This document shows, one piece after another, positions 8,801 through 14,821 of a DNA stretch of 32,000 nucleotides. A program made the translations under genes and the position numbers. The stretch's first letter is position 1; each line of letters begins with the position of its first letter. The stretch is from Gemmata obscuriglobus (lineage in GTDB: Bacteria; Planctomycetota; Planctomycetia; Gemmatales; Gemmataceae). Below the pieces are notes generated by a model. That model ran no database searches and was not told where the DNA came from. It saw nothing but the letters and a program-made list of their open reading frames with translations. The DNA lies in contig NZ_CP042911.1 of assembly GCF_008065095.1 (NCBI RefSeq), forward strand, positions 3,810,001 through 3,842,000, in the 5' to 3' direction.

Positions 8801-10817
8801 CGCGCTGGCCAACTTGGGCGAGGGCAAGCAGCTCCTCGATATGCCAGACGAGCCCAACGTGAAGATGCGCCCGGACGTGTGGGCGCGGGGGCGGCTCGAG
8901 GTCATGATCCGCCGCGCCGCGACCCCGGAGGCCAAGCGGTCGCTTGAGGCGCGCGTCGAGAAGGAGTGGGGCCTCGTGAAGGGCGGGACGGACCTGGGCC
9001 GGCTCCGCGAGTTCGTCGCGGTGTTCGGGCCGTTCTTCGCCTCCGGCACCGAGGCCCAGTTCAAACTGGCCGACGTGCTCCTCTCGACCAACAACGAGGC
9101 CGACGCCCGCGAAGCCCAGACGTGCCTGGCGCACCTCCGGGCCAGTTCCGATGACGCCACGACCCGTGCCCGCGCCACGGAAGCGCTGGCACAAGTGATG
9201 ATCAAGAGCCGGATGATGGAGGACGCGGTCGGCCTGTACTTCCAGCTCGGCAAGGAGTACCCGAACGTCGTGATCCGCGACGGCAAGACCGGCGCCGACT
9301 TCCTCACCAACCTGCTGACCGACAAGCGCCTGCTGCCGTTCCTCGAGCCGAGCCGCTACCCGCTGCCCACCCGGGTGAAGGCCGAAATGGCCGGCCCCTC
9401 CGCCAACATGAACAACGGCTCGCAGATCGAAATCGAGCCGCCCGCGGATCTGTTCCCGGCGTACCGGCGGCTCCGGTACACGCTCGACGGCAGCACCGGG
9501 CTGTTCGCGCTCCGCGTGTTCGACCGCTCCACCGGGGCCGTGCGGGCCACGTTCCCGCACATGCAGAGCCCGAACATGTACTCGCGGAACGGGCAGCCGA
9601 TCCCCTGGTCGAAGTTCGTGCAGGGGCACGGCCACCTGATGCTGGTGCAGATGGGCCTGACCCTGTACTGCTACGACCTCGCCGAGAAGAAGGTGCTGTG
9701 GGACAAGAACCTGATGCCCGACAACCCGCTCCAGCCCGGGGGCAGCTACCAGATCGACGTCCTGCCCAACGGGGACTGTGAGCTGTACTTGCTGCCGAAC
9801 ACCCAGAAAGTGCCTCTGGGCCGGTCGGCGGTGCTCCAGGCGGGGTACTGTGCCGTCCTCACGTCCGACGGGCTGGAGGCGGTCGAACCGGTCAGCCGCC
9901 GCGTGCTCTGGGTCCGCAAGAACGTGTCCGAGCGCACGTCGCTGTACGGCGACGGGCGCTACCTCGTGCTGATCGACGTGGACTCCAACACCCGGAAGCC
10001 GGTCTCTACAAAGCTGCTCCGGGCCACGGACGGGGTGCAGGTGGAGGGCTCGCCCGATTCCGGTGAGGTGCTCAAGAACGCGCGGTCGTACCGCCTGTTC
10101 GGGCGGCACGCGCTGATCACCTCTGGCGCGGACAACGAGCCCCGCGTGCTCCGGCTGTACGACCTCGCCACGGGCAAGGACGTTTGGAAGAAGGAGTACG
10201 ACTCCAAGGCGGTGCCGATCACCGCGCCACTGAACGCCGACTGGACCGGCGCCCTCAAGGCCGACGGCACCGCGGAGGTGATCTCGGTCCGCACCGGGGA
10301 GACGATCACGACGCTGAAACTCGACCCCAAGAACCTTGAGGCCCACTTGGTACCGTGTGTCGGGGCGCAGGTGCTGGCCGACAGCGACCGGTATTACCTG
10401 ATCCTGGACCGCGATCCGAATGCGGCGTCAACGAACGGCAACCGGCCGGTGCAAGTCCAGAACAACGCGATGCTGAGGGCGCAGAAGGTCAACGGGCCGG
10501 TTTACGCCTTTGACCGGGTCTCCGGGAAACGGCTGTGGCTCTACGAGGGGGTGCTCGAACACCAGTGGCTCGTACTCGAACAGTTCGCTGAGTTGCCGGT
10601 GCTGATCGCGACGGCACCGGTGATGAACCAGAACAACGTGTACAGCCACGCCGTTGTGGTGATCGAGAAGGAGCGCGGCCGGCTGATCCTCGATACGTCG
10701 GTTGTCTACAACGGGAACTTGTTCCAAAGCCTTGCCATTGACCCGAAGAACGGCACGATTCGGATGAGCCGGTTCGACACCAGCGTCCTGATCTCGCCCG
10801 ACGAGAAGAAGCCGTAA
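5823..10817 (+). CDS. Giant secreted protein: N-terminal helical/TPR-like region, PQQ-like (BamB-type) beta-propeller, alpha-solenoid/TPR region, second beta-propeller
   Basis: 1681-aa ORF from GTG 5772. The preferred ATG at 5823 gives a signal-peptide-like MRGSKLRLLSAGVLAALFAWLVTWAGHVANG. Propeller-blade signatures recur: AAVDIKSGNIRWEL, VAVDVMSRSLLWAH, LECLDLRTGKILWTV, WAINIEDGKVL, YCYDLAEKKVLWDKN, VEPVSRRVLWVRKN, LYDLATGKDVWKKEY, AFDRVSGKRLWLYE. A helical repeat stretch lies around LLDKNPKDPIGLLARGELRLDDGKLKDAIADFKDAE. Confidence 0.85.
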   Translation: MRGSKLRLLSAGVLAALFAWLVTWAGHVANGQPAVIGVAQAKKDGKDDKNKKEDRSELDENLPFSVPYDRDAKNQLKAARDYLDFKDPPYNTICPLLQNILDAKSDTFFDVKYKVGETVRINRISVKTEANRIIAEFKAEGLQFYQQAYGATASALLDDAIKANCDPALLSDVSQRYFNTRAGAEATVLLGTLHLERGNYLEAAYAFERLLPRKDVEDILTPRTLFKTALAFKRSGDPRHADLYKPAEEKLFKAARDGIKFGRTVFTLDRLRSELARPVELVRSNAVVGEWAQRGGNAGRNAVVDGGPPFLDKVFGFPMFYSGDDEANLWIKGELEKLFARDARASKSTPLPGTFPVTTGDTIVFRSYDGVYGVATRDRVQGGRVVRAGDILWRSKTTAGLYQLIKSDETHDVDMSRDAKSWWGTYNTRTVKVHNILHENPLIGSLAHDGQNVYFVDDLAITPPPVYNNPEFGINSGPQFRHSGDLAEMVRAGRLAAVDIKSGNIRWELGRVKAPPPDSDGKAPPPAPLPNSLTEEEADKTTDAFRLCLDAVFLGAPMPLNGKLYVLIEQAGVMRLLCLDPKTLVKVPGPDPTPKPALVWTQKLGKPNSTLPTDSVRRYQGCTLAASDGIIICPTNSGVVVAVDVMSRSLLWAHGYRQVSPAPPRGFDPNTGMPIVPEQLPDDRWRSAGPIVSGGRVILTAYDSRKLECLDLRTGKILWTVNHDANDLYVGGVANDRVIVVGKNQMRAYRLGGEDTDKKAPKAAWGPVTIPTPTGHGAVGRNAFYVPVRQDAAGKDTVPAGEIWAINIEDGKVLSKTGARKRNDTETLARYGIGNLVFQDGMVYSQSPWEVAAYPQLELKIAEMNRLLDKNPKDPIGLLARGELRLDDGKLKDAIADFKDAERNNLPVEKKPLLREKLYIAYTELLRADFNGGESVLSEYEALCEVPALGEETAEDRLRREDEIRRRKRLYYYLLARGRETQERLGEAFDHYLALANLGEGKQLLDMPDEPNVKMRPDVWARGRLEVMIRRAATPEAKRSLEARVEKEWGLVKGGTDLGRLREFVAVFGPFFASGTEAQFKLADVLLSTNNEADAREAQTCLAHLRASSDDATTRARATEALAQVMIKSRMMEDAVGLYFQLGKEYPNVVIRDGKTGADFLTNLLTDKRLLPFLEPSRYPLPTRVKAEMAGPSANMNNGSQIEIEPPADLFPAYRRLRYTLDGSTGLFALRVFDRSTGAVRATFPHMQSPNMYSRNGQPIPWSKFVQGHGHLMLVQMGLTLYCYDLAEKKVLWDKNLMPDNPLQPGGSYQIDVLPNGDCELYLLPNTQKVPLGRSAVLQAGYCAVLTSDGLEAVEPVSRRVLWVRKNVSERTSLYGDGRYLVLIDVDSNTRKPVSTKLLRATDGVQVEGSPDSGEVLKNARSYRLFGRHALITSGADNEPRVLRLYDLATGKDVWKKEYDSKAVPITAPLNADWTGALKADGTAEVISVRTGETITTLKLDPKNLEAHLVPCVGAQVLADSDRYYLILDRDPNAASTNGNRPVQVQNNAMLRAQKVNGPVYAFDRVSGKRLWLYEGVLEHQWLVLEQFAELPVLIATAPVMNQNNVYSHAVVVIEKERGRLILDTSVVYNGNLFQSLAIDPKNGTIRMSRFDTSVLISPDEKKP

Positions 10818-10819
10818 AG

Positions 10820-10843
10820 CGGGCCGGTGCTTCGCACGGCCCG
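10820..10843 (+). terminator. GC-rich hairpin immediately after the giant gene stop (terminator-like, no U-tract)
   Basis: CGGGCCG(G)TGC-TTC-GCA-CGGCCCG. A 7-bp stem plus a 3-bp stem with one bulge, starting 3 nt after the TAA at 10815-10817. A 415-bp T-tract-containing spacer follows. Confidence 0.35.
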
Positions 10844-11232
10844 ACCGCTCGCGCCGTTCTTTCGACCGCCGCGGGTGAACTGCCCCCTGTCGCATGCTTG
10901 TGCATTGCGCTGGGGGCGGTTCGCTCGCGGAAGTGATCGCGTCAAACCGCCTGGGTTAGCGGGCAGTCACCTCGACGTGTTCGGGCTCCCTCATCGCCAA
11001 GGTTACGCTAAATTGAGACGGATGTAATTGGTTCGGTCAGTGCGATTCGCTCCGGCCTCGGCAGTTTTGTTTCCCGTTTTTCACCTCTTGGCCGGCCTTT
11101 CTCGGTTTTGAGTGGGCATTTCCTATCCACCGGTGTTAACGTTTTTCTCGCCGTTCGTCTCTGACCTACCCTCCCAGGTTCGGCCCGTGCGGCAGACCCG
11201 GCCCCGCCAATGGACTTTATGTGGAGAAACTC

Positions 11233-12459
11233 ATGCCCCGTAGCTGGTCGCTCGCAGCCCTCGCGGCGTGTGTGACGGTCGGCCTCGTAGCCGTTCCCTC
11301 ACCTCAACCCGTTACCGCCGCCGCACCTCAGGACGACGCGAAGAAGAAGTTCAAGAAGGATGTCGAGGCGTCGATCGAGAAAGGGCTGGAATACCTGAAA
11401 AAGATCCAGGCGCAGGACGGGCACTGGGAGGCACAGGGGGGACAGTACCCGACCAGCATGACGGCGCTGGCCGGGATGGCGTTCCTGATGGAAGGGAGCA
11501 CGCTGAAAGAGGGCAAATACTCGGACCAGGTGAAGAAGGCCGTGGACTGGTTCCTGGCTCCGGCCCGGCAACAGCCCAACGGCATGATCGGCGACGTGCG
11601 CAACCCCACCGAGCAGACCCGGTACATGTACGGCCAGGGGTTCGGCACCATGTTCCTGGCGAGCGTGTACGGCGAGGAAGAGGACAAGGAGCAGCGGGAG
11701 AAGTTGGAAAAGCTACTCAAGAAGGCGGTCGAGTTCATCTGCAAGGCCCAGACCCTCAAGAAGCACCGCAAGGCCGAGGGCAAGGAGGTGGACATCGGCG
11801 GGTGGGGGTACGTGAGCGCCGCCGAGGGCAACAACTTCGACGAGGGGTCCGTCACCATCACCGCGCTCCAGGGGCTCCGCGCCGCCCGCAACGCCGGCAT
11901 CCCCGTCCCCAAAGAGAACATCGACCGCGCCGTCAACTACCTCGAAGCCTGCACCACCCCGAAGGGTGGGATCATTTACAGCTACGCCGGCGGCGGCGGG
12001 GCGGTCGGCGAGAACGGGCGCCCGCCCCTCACCGCGGCGGCGGTCTGCTGCGGGTTCAGCGCCGGGCAGTACAAGAGCGAACTGCCAAAACGGTGGATCA
12101 AGTACTGCAAGGACAACATTCCGGTCGGTAAGGGGCGGCAGAGCCACGACGAGTACCAGACCTACTACTTCTCGCAGGCCGTGTACGCGCTCGGGGACGA
12201 CAAGTACCTGGAGATGTTCCCGCTCCTGAAGGCCGACGGGAAGACGCCGAAAGTGTACGGCGACCTGACGGCCGGCGAGAAGGAGCAACTGCTCACCTGG
12301 AGCGGGTACAAGGACGCCACGTTCCAGACCATTCTCGACAACCAGGACAAGACCAACGGGTCGTGGAGCCAGGGGTACATCGGGCCGGTTTACACCACGA
12401 GCATCAATCTCTGCATCCTTCAGTTAGAAAAGGCGATCCTGCCCATCTATCAGAAGTAG
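11233..12459 (+). CDS. Secreted prenyltransferase/squalene-oxidase-repeat protein (terpenoid-cyclase-like alpha/alpha toroid fold)
   Basis: ATG 11233 is preceded by GGAG (11223-11226). The N-terminus looks like a signal peptide (MPRSWSLAALAACVTVGLVAVPSP). Repeats resemble the Q-x-x-x-G-x-W motif of squalene-cyclase/prenyltransferase repeats: IQAQDGHWE, QQPNGMIG, IGGWGY, KGGIIYSY, TNGSWSQG. At about 408 aa it is too short to be an oxidosqualene cyclase. Confidence 0.8.
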   Translation: MPRSWSLAALAACVTVGLVAVPSPQPVTAAAPQDDAKKKFKKDVEASIEKGLEYLKKIQAQDGHWEAQGGQYPTSMTALAGMAFLMEGSTLKEGKYSDQVKKAVDWFLAPARQQPNGMIGDVRNPTEQTRYMYGQGFGTMFLASVYGEEEDKEQREKLEKLLKKAVEFICKAQTLKKHRKAEGKEVDIGGWGYVSAAEGNNFDEGSVTITALQGLRAARNAGIPVPKENIDRAVNYLEACTTPKGGIIYSYAGGGGAVGENGRPPLTAAAVCCGFSAGQYKSELPKRWIKYCKDNIPVGKGRQSHDEYQTYYFSQAVYALGDDKYLEMFPLLKADGKTPKVYGDLTAGEKEQLLTWSGYKDATFQTILDNQDKTNGSWSQGYIGPVYTTSINLCILQLEKAILPIYQK

Positions 12460-12618
12460 CGCCGTGCGCCGCCGGTCGGGGTTGTAACGCCGACCGCCGG
12501 CCGGCGCGTGCCTGCGGGGGGCAAAATCCGCAGTTCGCAGGCGACGGCCCTCCCCGGCACACGGTATCTCTATCCCTAAACTCGACCCAAATTACCACCT
12601 CCGAGGGCGGTGACCGCG

Positions 12619-13677
12619 ATGAGCAAGACACCCGAGATGGCCCAGAGCGATATGGACGCGATCCAGAAGCTCAAGACCGCGTTCGACAACATCAAGAAGC
12701 AGCTCACGCGGGTCATCGTCGGCCAGGACATGGTGATCGAGGAGCTGCTCATCGCGCTCTTCAGCAAGGGCCACTGCATGCTCGAGGGCGTGCCGGGCCT
12801 CGCGAAGACGCTCATGATCAGCACCCTGTCGCGGTGCCTGTCGCTGGAGTTCAGCCGCATCCAGTTCACCCCGGACCTGATGCCGGCGGACATCACCGGC
12901 ACGGACTTCATCGAGAAGAACCCGGCGACCGGCTCGTTCGAGCTGCTGTTCCGGCCCGGCCCGCTGTTCGCCAACATGGTGCTGGCCGACGAGATCAACC
13001 GCACCCCGCCCCGCACCCAGGCGGCGCTCCTCGAAGCGATGCAGGAGCGCCAGGTGTCCGTCGGCCGCGTGCGGCACAAGCTCGCCAACCCGTTCTTCGT
13101 GCTCGCGACCCAGAACCCGATCGAACAGGAAGGGACCTACCCGCTGCCCGAGGCGCAGCAGGACCGGTTCATGTTCAAGGTGTACGTGAAGTACCCGAAG
13201 TTCGAGGAGGAGTTCGAGATCGCCCGCCGCACCACCGGCGTGACCGCCGACGAGATCACCCCGGTGCTGACCGGCGAGCAGATCCAGGAGATCCAGCAGC
13301 TCGTCCGCAAGGTGCCGGTGACCGACCACGTCATCCACTACTGCCTCGCGCTGGTCCGGCAGACCCGCATCGGCGAGCCCGGCGTCCCGAAGTTCGTCAA
13401 GGACTGGCTGAGCTGGGGCGCGGGCCCCCGCGCCGTGCAGAACCTGATCCTGGCCGGCAAGGCCCGCGCGCTGCTGTACGGCCGCGGGCACGTCACGACC
13501 GAGGACATCAAGGAACTGGCGCTGCCGGTGCTCCGGCACCGCATCCTGACCAACTTCACCGCCGCCTCCGAGGGCATTAACACCGACATGGTGGTCAAGA
13601 AGCTCATCGAGGAGACGCCGGACAAGGAGGGCTCGCTGATCAACGACCCGCGGTTCCAGAAGATCTTCTCCTCGTGA
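12619..13677 (+). CDS. MoxR-family AAA+ ATPase
   Basis: Walker A GVPGLAKT and Walker B VLADEINR. Typical MoxR (AAA_3) blocks: [47 protein letters not shown] 12619 is preferred, with GTG 12610 as an alternative. Confidence 0.95.
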   Translation: MSKTPEMAQSDMDAIQKLKTAFDNIKKQLTRVIVGQDMVIEELLIALFSKGHCMLEGVPGLAKTLMISTLSRCLSLEFSRIQFTPDLMPADITGTDFIEKNPATGSFELLFRPGPLFANMVLADEINRTPPRTQAALLEAMQERQVSVGRVRHKLANPFFVLATQNPIEQEGTYPLPEAQQDRFMFKVYVKYPKFEEEFEIARRTTGVTADEITPVLTGEQIQEIQQLVRKVPVTDHVIHYCLALVRQTRIGEPGVPKFVKDWLSWGAGPRAVQNLILAGKARALLYGRGHVTTEDIKELALPVLRHRILTNFTAASEGINTDMVVKKLIEETPDKEGSLINDPRFQKIFSS

Positions 13678-13679
13678 CC

Positions 13680-13775
13680 GGGGTTCCACGTTCCGGGTTC
13701 CACGTTCCAAGTTGGGAACCCGGATCGGCCCCTTGATGAGAAACTTGGAACCTGGAACTTGGAACCTGGAACTTC
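13680..13775 (+). repeat. Inverted pair of heptad/14-nt tandem repeats, (GTTCCNN)x4 ... (GGAACNN)x4, able to form a 34-position hairpin filling the moxR-DUF58 junction
   Basis: GGGTTCCACGTTCC occurs twice in tandem (13681-13708). AACTTGGAACCTGG occurs twice in tandem plus a partial copy (13742-13776). Pairing 13680-13713 with 13742-13775 gives 28 Watson-Crick pairs, 4 G-U pairs and 2 C-C mismatches. The loop is 13714-13741. The helix ends 2 nt before the DUF58 ATG at 13778. Confidence 0.75.
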
Positions 13776-13777
13776 CG

Positions 13778-14728
13778 ATGGCCAAGCGCCGCCAAGAGCC
13801 CGAGAACCCGCGCCGGTTCCTCGACCCCAAGGTGATCGCCCGCGTCTCGCAGCTCGACCTGCGGGCGCGGTACGCGGTCGAGGGGTTCATCTCCGGGATG
13901 CACCGGAGCCCCGTGTACGGGCAGAGCGTCCAGTTCGTCCAGCACCGCGAGTACATGCCCGGCGACGACCTGCGCCGCATCGACTGGAAGGTCTGGTCGC
14001 GGTCCGACAAGTTCGTCATCAAGCAGTACGAGGCGGAGACGAACCTCCGCTCCTACGTCGTCGTGGACGCCAGCGAGTCCATGCTCTATGGGCGGGACAA
14101 GCACCGCCGCGCCGGCACGCTGTACAAGTACGATTACGTGGCCACCGCCGCGGCGTGCCTGGCGTACCTGACGATCAAGCAGCAGGACTCGTGCGGGCTC
14201 GTCACGTTCGACTCGGACGTGCGCGAGGCGATCCCGCCGCGCAGCTCGCAGCGGCACATGGACGCCGTCACCAAGGCGCTCCACGTGTCGGACCCGCGCG
14301 AGAAGACCGACATGGTCAAGATCATGCGGCAGGTCGCGGAGGCCATGCCGGCCCGCGGGCTGGTGCTGGTCTTCTCCGACTTCCTGTGCGACCGCGCGGA
14401 GCTGTTCAAAGGGCTGGAGATGCTGCGGCACCGCCGGCACGACGTGATGGCGTTCCACATCCTCGACGACGACGAGCTGCTGTTCCCGTTCGGCGGGATG
14501 ACGAAGTTCGAGGGGCTGGAGGCGCAGCCCGACCTCCTGTGCGACCCGCGGGCGCTGCGGGACGGCTACCTGGAGGAGCTGGAGCTGTACCTGACCGAGG
14601 TGCGCCGCGGGTGCACCCGGATCGGCGTGGACTACACGCTGCTCCGCACCAGCGATTACATGGACGCGGTCTTGTCGAAGTTCCTGTTCGAGCGGATGTC
14701 CACCCGGGCCGCACCCGCGCGGCGCTGA
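13778..14728 (+). CDS. DUF58 family protein (vWA-like partner of MoxR)
   Basis: Hallmark DUF58 block HRSPVYGQSVQFVQHREYMPGDDLRRIDWKVWSRSDKFVIKQYEAE, followed by MIDAS-like VVVDASESM. The start is ATG 13778. The longer ORF from 13712 would translate the hairpin repeat. Confidence 0.92.
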   Translation: MAKRRQEPENPRRFLDPKVIARVSQLDLRARYAVEGFISGMHRSPVYGQSVQFVQHREYMPGDDLRRIDWKVWSRSDKFVIKQYEAETNLRSYVVVDASESMLYGRDKHRRAGTLYKYDYVATAAACLAYLTIKQQDSCGLVTFDSDVREAIPPRSSQRHMDAVTKALHVSDPREKTDMVKIMRQVAEAMPARGLVLVFSDFLCDRAELFKGLEMLRHRRHDVMAFHILDDDELLFPFGGMTKFEGLEAQPDLLCDPRALRDGYLEELELYLTEVRRGCTRIGVDYTLLRTSDYMDAVLSKFLFERMSTRAAPARR

Positions 14729-14821
14729 TGTCGAACTCGGAGTGCGGGCCGCGGCGGTCCTCGCCCCCGACCTCCTTCGGTTTTTCGTCCGCGCCCCGCG
14801 TTCCGAACTTCTGAGACTCCG

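Noticed and set aside
10818-11232. 415-bp spacer with T-tracts and small ORFs (e.g. 10827..11027) as a possible small gene or mobile-element scar.
   Set aside because: The small ORFs lack a ribosome-binding site and protein-like composition. No inverted terminal repeats or target duplications were seen. It is most simply a terminator plus promoter region for the prenyltransferase-like gene.
13747-13772. GGAAC(TT) motifs as -35 boxes of an ECF sigma-factor promoter for DUF58.
   Set aside because: They lie 6-31 nt from the ATG, leaving no room for a spacer, a -10 element and a 5'-UTR. The inverted-repeat hairpin explains them better.
13681-13776. Possible CRISPR-like or minisatellite array (14-nt tandem units here, 22-nt units at 25910-25953).
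   Set aside because: The units are directly adjacent with no spacers, only about 2 copies each, and far shorter than CRISPR repeats. There are no cas genes in the window.
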